Source of the DNA: Candidatus Angelobacter sp.
Lineage (GTDB): Bacteria; Acidobacteriota; Terriglobia; Terriglobales; Acidobacteriaceae
NCBI GenBank assembly: GCA_035262465.1
Contig: DATFSU010000078.1
Location: 64,013-128,012, forward strand
Length of the DNA stretch: 64,000 nt
Direction: 5' to 3'
Shown: piece after piece, positions 56,515-64,000 of the stretch
Numbering within the stretch: position 1 is the first letter of the stretch
Layout of the letters: every line of letters starts with the position of its first letter
Made by a program: the position numbers and the translations under genes
The notes under the pieces: generated by a model
The model's input: only the letters and a program-made list of their open reading frames with translations
Told to the model about the DNA's origin: nothing
Database searches by the model: none

Positions 56515-57657
56515 TCAAGATTTCTTTGCCCGCCTATAAAACGGCGTGGGCACGACTTTGCACTTGACCCTCTGACCGCGAATCTCGACAAACACCTCAT
56601 GGCCGACTTCCGAGTGCGACGGCGGCACGTAAGCCAGCGCGATGTTCTTCTTGAGATATGGCGCCGGCGATCCGCTGGTGACGTAGCCGATTTCCGCTCC
56701 CGCGGCGTCGAAAACCTTGTAACCGTCACGCGGGATGCCGCGATCGACGGCTTCGAGGCCGACCAGAATGCGCTTGAGGCCGGCGGCCTTGGCTTTTTCC
56801 AGAGCAGCGCGGCCGACAAAATCGGGCTTTTCCATCTTGCAGAAGCGATCCAGCGCCGCTTCCCAGACATTGATGGTGTCTGAGATTTCGTGGCCGTAGA
56901 GCGCCATCTTGCCTTCCAGCCGCAGCGTGTTCCGCGCGCCCAGGCCGCAAGGTACTATGCCGAATTCCCTGCCCGCCTCAACGACTTCATTCCATACGCG
57001 CTCGCTGGTGGGAACGTCAGAGGGAGCATAGATTTCAAAGCCATCTTCGGCGGTGTAACCGGTGCGGGCGATCAGCGTGTTGGGCAGCCCGCAGACTGTT
57101 CCATGCTTGAACCAGTAATTCTTGATCTGCGAGAGATCGACATTGGTGAGCTTTTGTAGCGTGGCTTCAGCCTTGGGACCCTGGATGGCGATCTGCGTGT
57201 AGTAATCGCCGACGTCGTCGGCATGGCAGCGGAAACGGCTGACGTTCTTGCGCACCCAGCTGTGGTCCTTTTCGCGCGTGCCGGCGTTGATGACGAGAAG
57301 ATAGTCGTTCGCGCCCATCTTGTGAACGATTACATCGTCCACGAACGTCCCTTCGGGATACAACAACGCGGAGTAATGCGCCTGGCCTTCCTGCAGCTTG
57401 GAGGCATCATTCATGCTGATCCACTGCACGGCGTCGAGCGCCTGGGGGCCGCGGATCAGAATGTCGCCCATGTGGGAGACGTCAAACATGCCGACGCCGG
57501 TACGGACGGCCATGTGTTCCTTGACCAGCCCGCCGCTCGAGGGATATTCCACAGGCATATCCCACCCGCCAAAGTCCACCATTTTGGCGCCGGTGCGCCG
57601 GTGCAGCGCGTTGAGCGCAGTTTTCCTGAGAGTCTGGCCTTCTGCGGTTGAGGACAA
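56515..57657 (-). CDS. gcvT: Glycine cleavage system aminomethyltransferase T
   Basis: 380 aa with 'LRKTALNALHRRTGAKMVDFGGWDMPVEY'. It has a TTG start (there is no upstream in-frame ATG). Confidence 0.9.
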   Translation of the reverse strand: MSSTAEGQTLRKTALNALHRRTGAKMVDFGGWDMPVEYPSSGGLVKEHMAVRTGVGMFDVSHMGDILIRGPQALDAVQWISMNDASKLQEGQAHYSALLYPEGTFVDDVIVHKMGANDYLLVINAGTREKDHSWVRKNVSRFRCHADDVGDYYTQIAIQGPKAEATLQKLTNVDLSQIKNYWFKHGTVCGLPNTLIARTGYTAEDGFEIYAPSDVPTSERVWNEVVEAGREFGIVPCGLGARNTLRLEGKMALYGHEISDTINVWEAALDRFCKMEKPDFVGRAALEKAKAAGLKRILVGLEAVDRGIPRDGYKVFDAAGAEIGYVTSGSPAPYLKKNIALAYVPPSHSEVGHEVFVEIRGQRVKCKVVPTPFYRRAKKS

Positions 57658-57902
57658 GCTGTTTAACCCTTTCAGAATTTTCGCGCCGGAAGACAGAACC
57701 CGCCAACCCGGCCAAGGTGCGACTGCAGCGTGACTGGGCGGCGACGAACCCTCAAGGTTAACACTCGCGTTTTGCAGGGGTCAATTGATTGCCAGAATTG
57801 CCAAACATTGCCAAAGATCGCCGGGGATTTATGAGGGTTCCCCTGGGTCCTGCACCATTGTCCCGTTGCCGCCGGGCCGGATTCGCGTTAATCTCCGGCT
57901 AT

Positions 57903-58082
57903 ATGGCCAAGGAATTCGTCTGCACCATCTGTGATATGCCGGAACGTAGCTGCACTTGCAACCGGTACTGCTGGCTTTGCCAGAGTCTCCACGAGGTGCG
58001 CCTTTGTGAAGACGGCCAGTACTATTGCCGTCCCTGCCGCGAGTCCTGCGACCTGCAGGCACAATATAAGACCGCAGAATAA
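57903..58082 (+). CDS. Hypothetical Cys-rich miniprotein (59 aa, 10 Cys)
   Basis: The sequence is MAKEFVCTICDMPERSCTCNRYCWLCQSLHEVRLCEDGQYYCRPCRESCDLQAQYKTAE, with several CxxC pairs. The RBS is weak, so this call is tentative. Confidence 0.4.
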   Translation: MAKEFVCTICDMPERSCTCNRYCWLCQSLHEVRLCEDGQYYCRPCRESCDLQAQYKTAE

Positions 58083-58175
58083 AAAAGACAGCCGATCTAA
58101 ACTGAAGAGCCCGCTTTCGATCAACGCGGAGCTGTGTGCACGGGTTGCACCGTCTCGACTGGGTAGAATGGAATT

Positions 58176-59105
58176 ATGTCGAAACTCACAACCATGCGGC
58201 AGGCCATCACCGAGCATGTGCCCGACGGCGCCTCTGTTGCCCTGGGCCTGCAGATGGAGCAGATGATCCCATTTGGAGCAGGCCATGAAATCCTGCGCCA
58301 GAAAAAACGCGATCTGCGCTTGATCGGCCCGATCTCCGACATTCTTTTTGACCAGCTCATCGGCGGAGCCTGCGTGAAGGATGTAGTAGCGGCCTGGGTC
58401 GGCAACGTGATGATGGGTTCGGCCTACAACTTTCGCCACGCCACCGAAACGGAGAACCCCGGCACGCCTGGCGACAAGCTGCGCGTCTTTAATATGACCA
58501 ATTTCACCCTCGCCCTGGCGCTCGAGGCCGGCGCCATGGGCGTGCCGTTCCTGCCGACGCGCACAGCGATGGGCAGCGATGTGCCTAAGGGCAATCATTT
58601 TTTCTACCAGATCATCTCGCCCTTTGAGCCCAAAGAGACGCTGCTGGCGGTGCGGGCGCTGGTGCCGGACGTAGCCATCGTCCACCTGCAGCGCGCCGAC
58701 CAGCATGGCAACGCGCACTGCTGGGGCAATTTTGGCGTGATGCTGGAAGGTGTCCGCGCGGCCAAGAAGGTGATTGTCTGCGCCGAAGAAATTGTCGCTG
58801 AGTCTGTGATTGCCAGCGATCCCAACCGCACGGTGATTCCCGGATTTCTGGTGACCGCGGTGGTGGAATGCAAGCTGGGTGCGCATCCCTCGCCGGTGCA
58901 GGGTTACTACAAGCGAGATGACGCCTTTTTCCAGCAATATCACGCGGAGACGAAAACGCCCGCGGAGTTCGCCGCCTGGGCTGCACGCTGGGTGCACGGG
59001 GTGGCTGATCGTGCGGCCTATGAGCGGCTCCTGGGCCCGGATCGCGTGGCCGAGTTGGGCGTGAAGCAGCACGCGTATGCTGCGCCGGCGGATTTCGGAT
59101 ACTAG
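58176..59105 (+). CDS. CoA-transferase family I, subunit A-like (glutaconate CoA-transferase GctA-like)
   Basis: 309 aa. 'MSKLTTMRQAITEHVPDGASVALGL' and 'DVAIVHLQRADQHGNAH' are typical of subunit A. The 394-aa antisense ORF is a shadow ORF. Confidence 0.85.
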   Translation: MSKLTTMRQAITEHVPDGASVALGLQMEQMIPFGAGHEILRQKKRDLRLIGPISDILFDQLIGGACVKDVVAAWVGNVMMGSAYNFRHATETENPGTPGDKLRVFNMTNFTLALALEAGAMGVPFLPTRTAMGSDVPKGNHFFYQIISPFEPKETLLAVRALVPDVAIVHLQRADQHGNAHCWGNFGVMLEGVRAAKKVIVCAEEIVAESVIASDPNRTVIPGFLVTAVVECKLGAHPSPVQGYYKRDDAFFQQYHAETKTPAEFAAWAARWVHGVADRAAYERLLGPDRVAELGVKQHAYAAPADFGY

Positions 59106-59280
59106 GCAACAGTGATGTGGATTATCTGCCGCCGACGCGGTATCCTGTTAGGTCAGAGGAGATTAACGAACGTCCGTTCGGGAAAACCGTGGCATCACAA
59201 AACGCCAAGTGTTTCGGTGCGTCAGGTATATCGAGGTCCGTGTTTTGGCCAGTTGCTGATTGCCAGTTGCTGATTGCTGC

Positions 59281-59775
59281 ATGAAAAAAGAACTGATCGA
59301 ACTTCGCGTGAACGGCCGCCTGCAGGAGCTGGCGATTGAGCCCAGCGAACTGCTGCTTGACGTCCTGCGCCAGGAACTGCAGCTCACCGGCTCCAAGCGC
59401 GGCTGCGACGACTCTTCCTGCGGCGCGTGTACGGTGCTGGTGGATGGCGTTCCTACCCTCAGCTGCACCGCTCTGGCCATGAGCCATGCCGTGGATGAGC
59501 AGTCGGCGCCGGAGATCACGACGGTGGAAGGCATTGCCGATCACGGAGCGCTGGCGGCGATCCAGAAAGCTTACGGCGACTGGGGCGGCGCACAGTGCGG
59601 CTACTGTACGCCCGGCTTCATGATTACCGTGAAAGCGCTGCTCGACCACAATTCTGACCCGAGCGAAGACGACATTCGCCACGCACTCAGCGGAAACCTG
59701 TGCCGGTGCACCGGGTACACGCAGATGTATCAGGCGATCAAGGCAGCGATTGCTGCTGAGCAACGCAGCCGATGA
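59281..59775 (+). CDS. (2Fe-2S)-binding small subunit of a xanthine dehydrogenase/aldehyde oxidase-family enzyme
   Basis: 'GCDDSSCGACTV' and 'QCGYCTPGF...GNLCRCTGY' are the two [2Fe-2S] motifs of the CoxS/HcrC type. Confidence 0.9.
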   Translation: MKKELIELRVNGRLQELAIEPSELLLDVLRQELQLTGSKRGCDDSSCGACTVLVDGVPTLSCTALAMSHAVDEQSAPEITTVEGIADHGALAAIQKAYGDWGGAQCGYCTPGFMITVKALLDHNSDPSEDDIRHALSGNLCRCTGYTQMYQAIKAAIAAEQRSR

Positions 59776-59823
59776 TTGGTTTGCCCTGAGCGCAGGCGGG
59801 ACCTGGACAGCTGCAGACAACGA

Positions 59824-60336
59824 ATGACCGAACCCCTCAAACCCGCGTGGAGCACACCCCTGCCGGAGAATTTTGAACTCAGGGAATTCGCCACCGGTGT
59901 GCTCGAGATTGCCAAAGAGAACCTGCAGCGCGACCAGGAACTGGTTTCCACGGCCTTCGCCATCACGGCCGCAGAAATTCAGTGCTATTCCGTCGTGTTT
60001 TCCGATCATGACGAGAAAGCCATGGTGTACCAGCAGCTGATCGAAACGGCCCGGCGCAATGGTGCAACCGCTCTGATTACGTGCAATGACGCATTCATCG
60101 GCGAACAAGCGACTCCAGATTTTCTTGAAAGCTACTATCCTGGAAAGCTTAAAGCAGATGGTGCGCAGGAATGCATCATGCTGGCCATCAGTGGTCCCGC
60201 AATACAGACGTGGGTCATTGAAGTTCCCTACGAAAGAACCGGGGACAAGATTGAGTTTGGCCGCATACGGGAAGAAATTGGCGGCGAGCTCGGCTTTCTT
60301 GAAGGCTGGGCGTCAGAGGAGCCGGAAGTGCAATAA
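59824..60336 (+). CDS. Hypothetical protein (170 aa) lying between duplicated 2Fe-2S gene 3' ends
   Basis: The ORF runs from the ATG at 59824 (MTEPLKPAWSTPLPENFELREF...). No domain is recognised. The RBS is weak. Confidence 0.5.
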   Translation: MTEPLKPAWSTPLPENFELREFATGVLEIAKENLQRDQELVSTAFAITAAEIQCYSVVFSDHDEKAMVYQQLIETARRNGATALITCNDAFIGEQATPDFLESYYPGKLKADGAQECIMLAISGPAIQTWVIEVPYERTGDKIEFGRIREEIGGELGFLEGWASEEPEVQ

Positions 60337-60459
60337 ATGCCGGGCGGCACGATCGTTCATGTTGAATACTGCGGAAACCTGTGCCGGTGCACCCCGGACA
60401 CGCAGATGTACCAGGCAATCAAGGCGGCGATTGCTGCGGAGAAAGAACACCGTCGCTGA
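60337..60459 (+). pseudogene. Relic of a 2Fe-2S subunit gene 3' end
   Basis: The 40-codon ORF ends ...GNLCRCTPDTQMYQAIKAAIAAEKEHRR*. Positions 60371-60441 match 59690-59760 at 64 of 71 nt (7 mismatches by my count). Confidence 0.7.
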
Positions 60460-60576
60460 CCGTAAGGGAAAAGCCTAAAGACACGACCTTCCGTGCCAAG
60501 GATTCAGGCGCAAATGCCGGTCGGGAACTCTGAATTTTCTTGATCGTTCCTGTAATCCAGAGCACAATGTCCCGCT

Positions 60577-61908
60577 ATGTCACACCCATTCCTGAAAGCA
60601 GCCGCCCTTTCCCTCGCCATTATATTTTGCTTCATTTTTGCCTTCGCAAACGACAAGCCAGCCGTACAGCCGATGAGCAATCAGCAGCGAGATCTTGCTA
60701 GAGCCATCCTCAAAAATACGATGGATACGGTGAAGAAACATTACTATGATAAGGCCTATCACGGATTGGATCTGGATCTAAGACTTAAGCAAGCGGATGA
60801 AAAGATTGGCCAGAGCCAGACATTGAGCGATGCCTTTGGAGTGATAGCATGGGCCCTCGATGGTTTGAATGATTCTCATACCTACTTCGCACCGCCGCGG
60901 CGACCCTTCGATATAGAGAATGGATGGGAAACTAGATTCGCCGGCGAGAAATGCTTTATTACAGCCGTGAAGCCGGGATCGAATGCCGATCAGCAGGGAA
61001 TCAAGCCCGGCGATCAGGTCCTTGCTATGGAGGGGTTCACGCCGACCAGAGACACTCTCTCGAAATTGCAGTATGCCTTCAATTCCCTGGCTCCGCGTTC
61101 GGCTTTCCATCTCGTTTTGGCCACTCCGGGCGGGCAAACACGCAATCTGCTGGTAGCAGCCAGCGTACATCAACAGCCAAAGGTTCTGGAATTCTCGCGG
61201 GATATCTGGGATATCGTGCGCCAGCAGGATAGCTACGACCAGGAACTGAAATCGCGCGGCGTTGAATTGCCCGGAGATGTCTTCGTCTGGAAGCTCCCTG
61301 CCTTTTTGGAAGAACAATCTGAGATTGATAGTTGGATATCTCGGGCCCGCAAACATAAAGCATTGGTCATGGACCTCCGCGGAAATTTTGGCGGCCGCGA
61401 GGACCTGCTCGAGCATGTCCTCTCTAGCCTGTTTGAGAACGGCTTCACCCTGGGCGAGCACGTATCGCGCGGCGAGCATAAACCGATTGTCATCAAAGGG
61501 CATGGAGGCCATGCGTTCACAGGCACTTTGGTAGTTCTTATTGACAGCGCATCAGCTTCCGGCGCGGAAATCTTTGCGCGTGCGATTCAACTGCAAAAAA
61601 GGGGTACGGTTATAGGCGACAGGTCTTCGGGAAAAGTGATGGTTGCCGAGGTATTTCCGATGAATCAAGGCCTGGATTCGAGCATGCCCTATGCCGTAGA
61701 GGTGACTGTTGCTGACTTTCCGCTCAGCGACGGCAAAAGCCTGGAGCGGCAAGGCGTACAGCCCGATGAGCTGTTGTTGCCGTCTCCACAAGATTTGGCC
61801 GCAGGCCGGGATATCCAGCTCGCAAGGGCGATCGCGCTGGCCGGAGGCTCCATGACAGCCGAGCAGGCGGGCACCCTTTTTCCTATCATCTGGAGGAGAA
61901 AGGATTAG
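60577..61908 (+). CDS. S41-family (C-terminal processing / tail-specific) peptidase with PDZ domain
   Basis: 443 aa. The PDZ-like segment is 'GIKPGDQVLAMEG'. 'ALVMDLRGNFGG' and 'LVVLIDSASASGAEIFA' are the Ser/Lys-dyad S41 landmarks. Confidence 0.85.
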   Translation: MSHPFLKAAALSLAIIFCFIFAFANDKPAVQPMSNQQRDLARAILKNTMDTVKKHYYDKAYHGLDLDLRLKQADEKIGQSQTLSDAFGVIAWALDGLNDSHTYFAPPRRPFDIENGWETRFAGEKCFITAVKPGSNADQQGIKPGDQVLAMEGFTPTRDTLSKLQYAFNSLAPRSAFHLVLATPGGQTRNLLVAASVHQQPKVLEFSRDIWDIVRQQDSYDQELKSRGVELPGDVFVWKLPAFLEEQSEIDSWISRARKHKALVMDLRGNFGGREDLLEHVLSSLFENGFTLGEHVSRGEHKPIVIKGHGGHAFTGTLVVLIDSASASGAEIFARAIQLQKRGTVIGDRSSGKVMVAEVFPMNQGLDSSMPYAVEVTVADFPLSDGKSLERQGVQPDELLLPSPQDLAAGRDIQLARAIALAGGSMTAEQAGTLFPIIWRRKD

Positions 61909-61947
61909 GCCGGCAGCGCCGGATGGTAGTGGTACAGTCGTGCTGGA

Positions 61948-62048
61948 TTCATCGTTATCGCGATGAACGTCTGCTGAAGGCCCGCGATTCGCCTGCGAAT
62001 CGCTAGACGCTGATACTGCTAGTGGTTCCGTTTTTCAAACTGAACCAC
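61948..62048. repeat. About 100-nt three-hairpin intergenic repeat, copy 2
   Basis: The sequence is ttcatcgttatcgcgatgaacgtctgctgaaggcccgcgattcgcctgcgaatcgctagacgctgatac plus a gtggttc...gaaccac hairpin. See copy 1 at 21363-21460. Confidence 0.85.
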
Positions 62049-62095
62049 TACCCGCCGGATGAGAATTAGGCTGGCAGGTGATAACCTGTCAGAGA

Positions 62096-64000
62096 ATGAG
62101 TGATTTCTCCATTATCGGTAAACGGGTTGCGCTGGTAGACTCCGCCGGCAAGACCACCGGCCAGGGCAAGTATGCCGATGATCTCTCTGTGCCCGGCATG
62201 CTCACGGGCAAGATTCTGCATTCGCCCTTGCCGCACGCCAGGATCAAACGCATCGATGCCTCGAAAGCCGAGGCGCTCGATGGCGTCATCTGCGTGGTCA
62301 CCGGGCCGGACGCGCCGAACAAGTACGGCATCCTTCCTGTCGGCCACGATGAAACGGCGCTTGCGGTCGAAAAAGTGCGCTACGTCGGCGACAACGTTGC
62401 CTGCGTGGTTGCGGTTTCGGAATCGATCGCGGAAAAAGCTCTGGATCTCATCGAGGTCGAGTATGAGTCCCTCCCGGCGTGGTTTGATCCCGAAGATTCA
62501 ATGAAGGCGGAGCGCGACTGGATCCACCCGCAGCGCCCCAACAACATCGAAAAGGAATATCACCACGTCTTCGGCGATCCTGAAAAAGGTTTTGCCGAAG
62601 CTGACGCCGTCAGCGAACACCGCTATATCGCCGGCGAGGTCACGCACGCTGCCATGGAGCCGCACTCCACGCTGGCCTCGTTTGAGATCGATTCGCTCAC
62701 CGGCAAGCCTGGACGTCTCACTGTCTGGTCTTCAACCCAGGTGCCGTATTATCTGCAGCACAAGCTCTCCATCGTGCTGGAGATGCCGATGCAGCAGATT
62801 CGCGTGATCAAGCCGCTGGTGGGCGGCGGTTTCGGCGGCAAGAGCGAGGTGATTCCACTCGAAATCATCGCTGCGGTCGCGGCGCGGAAAGCCAGGGCGC
62901 CGGTCAAGATCACCTACACGCGGGAAGAGGTTTTCTGGGCGCATCGCGGGCGGCCGCGCACGATCATCGATCTGAAAATCGGCGCAAAAAAAGACGGCCA
63001 CCTCACCTCGGTCGCCGCCAGGGTGATCCAGGATGGCGGCGCTTACTGCTCGTACGGCGTGGTTACCATCCTCTATTCCGGAGCGCTGCTGGGCGCGCTC
63101 TATGACATCCCAAATATTCGTTACGACGGCTACCGCGTTCTCACCAACAAGCCGGCCTGCGGCGCCATGCGCGGACACGGTACGGTAAACGTGCGCTTTG
63201 CGTTTGAGTCGCAGCTGGACGAGGTGGCGGCGCAACTGAACATCGACTCGGCTGAGATACGCCGCATCAACCTGCTTAAGCCGCCCTGCATTACGGTGAA
63301 CAATCTGCGCGTGCAGAGTTATGGCCTTCCTGAGTGCATTGACCAGGTCATCAACCGTTCCGGCTGGCAGGAGCGCCGCAATCAGCTGCCGCCCGGCCGC
63401 GGCCTGGGCATGGCATGCAGCCACTATGTGAGCGGCGCAGCCAACAGCATTATCCGGTCGGACATGCCGCACTCCACCGTCAATATCAAGATCGATCGCG
63501 ATGGCGGCGTGGTGATCTACACCGGCGCATCCGACATCGGCCAAGGCTCTGACACCATGGTGGCGCAGATCGTCGCCGAGGTTCTGGGCATCAGCCTGGG
63601 CCGTATTCGCGTGATCGCCGCCGACACCGACCTCACGCCCATCGATATCGGGTCCTACTCCAGCCGCGTCACCTTCATGAACGGCAACGCCTCATTGCGA
63701 GCAGCGGAAGACGTAAAAAAGAAGATCGTTGCCGCAGCAGCGCAGAAGATGAACTGCGCTCCGGAAGACGTGTTCATGCGCGACGATCGCGTATGGAAGC
63801 GCGGCGCAAAACTCACGGCGCCCACAAACGGCGCGCAACGCGACCATGACTCCGCCGAAGCTCCGCGCGGCAACGTGAAAGAGGTCAGCGGGCGCGTGGA
63901 AGGCCAGACGCTTCGGGGATCGCTGCAGCAGAAGCGGAAGGAGGAAGGTCCCAAGGACCAGATGAGCTTTGAAGAAGCCGTGGTCTCGGCCATCGACTTC
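62096..64000 (+). CDS. Molybdopterin-binding large subunit of a xanthine dehydrogenase/aldehyde oxidase-family enzyme (N-terminal 635 aa; continues past right edge)
   Basis: My translation from the ATG at 62096 gives MSDFSIIGKRVALVDSAGKTTGQGKYADDLSVPGMLTGKILHSPLPHARI... It also contains 'VGGGFGGK' and 'ACGAMRGHG'. The frame is open to 64000. It is absent from the ORF track because there is no stop in the window. Confidence 0.9.
   Translation, partial: MSDFSIIGKRVALVDSAGKTTGQGKYADDLSVPGMLTGKILHSPLPHARIKRIDASKAEALDGVICVVTGPDAPNKYGILPVGHDETALAVEKVRYVGDNVACVVAVSESIAEKALDLIEVEYESLPAWFDPEDSMKAERDWIHPQRPNNIEKEYHHVFGDPEKGFAEADAVSEHRYIAGEVTHAAMEPHSTLASFEIDSLTGKPGRLTVWSSTQVPYYLQHKLSIVLEMPMQQIRVIKPLVGGGFGGKSEVIPLEIIAAVAARKARAPVKITYTREEVFWAHRGRPRTIIDLKIGAKKDGHLTSVAARVIQDGGAYCSYGVVTILYSGALLGALYDIPNIRYDGYRVLTNKPACGAMRGHGTVNVRFAFESQLDEVAAQLNIDSAEIRRINLLKPPCITVNNLRVQSYGLPECIDQVINRSGWQERRNQLPPGRGLGMACSHYVSGAANSIIRSDMPHSTVNIKIDRDGGVVIYTGASDIGQGSDTMVAQIVAEVLGISLGRIRVIAADTDLTPIDIGSYSSRVTFMNGNASLRAAEDVKKKIVAAAAQKMNCAPEDVFMRDDRVWKRGAKLTAPTNGAQRDHDSAEAPRGNVKEVSGRVEGQTLRGSLQQKRKEEGPKDQMSFEEAVVSAIDF

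Noticed and set aside
57658-57790. Glycine riboswitch upstream of gcvT.
   Set aside because: The minus-strand leader lacks the conserved GGAGAG and ACCGAAGGGGCAA-type aptamer cores. I found no tandem aptamer pattern.
57888-59072. 394-aa minus-strand ORF, and similar long antisense ORFs. These are 4170-5159 (+), 5146-6144 (+), 19156-20121 (-), 24862-25845 (-), 37991-39478 (+), 47009-48334 (+), 53431-54552 (+), 59122-60108 (-) and 62732-63544 (-).
   Set aside because: Each lies antisense to a gene with clear family motifs. Their translations are Arg/Gly/Ala/His-rich with no motifs, which is typical of shadow ORFs in GC-rich DNA.

Overview
This is a gene-dense, GC-rich bacterial chromosome segment. 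The gene content (pilB-pilT-pilC-pilS-pilR, HAF and PEGA repeat proteins, a GxxExxY gene, paired secreted TldD/PmbA proteins, ECF/DUF4097 operons) suggests Acidobacteriota, which is inference only. I found no rRNA, tRNA or CRISPR array by eye.

Left to right:
- 1-5.9 kb: a tightly overlapping minus-strand sugar-modification cassette (GT4, B12-radical SAM, two SDR epimerases, a clan GH-A hydrolase, a CmoB-like methyltransferase).
- 6.5-10.8 kb: an NtrC-family regulator lacking GAFTGA, a DUF62 SAM hydrolase and a FecR-like secreted protein.
- 10.8-15.5 kb: a visibly AT-richer islet with a start/stop-abutting AAA+ ATPase and 805-aa S8 subtilase pair (IetAS-like defence module), followed by an HNH-repeat/PD-(D/E)xK-like gene.
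- 16.7-25.9 kb: a formamidase and a type IV pilus block with no pilin gene.
- 28.1-40.6 kb: a split methylmalonyl-CoA mutase catalytic subunit, glgC, an AT-rich singleton Mrr-type nuclease fusion, several secreted repeat proteins, tag and a phospholipase C/AcpA-family enzyme.
- 41.3-45.1 kb: a five-gene ECF sigma/anti-sigma/B-box/DUF4097 operon.
- 45.4-52.4 kb: cmk, mutL and paired secreted TldD/PmbA proteins.
- 52.5-57.7 kb: a GxxExxY gene and gcvT-gcvH-gcvPA-gcvPB.
- 58.2-64.0 kb: an interrupted (2Fe-2S)/molybdopterin oxidoreductase locus.

The most notable items:
- The IetAS-like island.
- The inverted-repeat-bracketed GxxExxY gene, with a cargo-less copy of the same repeat nearby.
- Several families of structured intergenic repeats: a roughly 100-nt three-hairpin element present twice, a roughly 207-nt palindromic MITE-like element, and hairpins whose arms are built from short tandem units.
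- A duplicated 3' relic of the 2Fe-2S gene flanking an inserted ORF.

All functional calls come from motif recognition in the translated ORFs; no searches were run.
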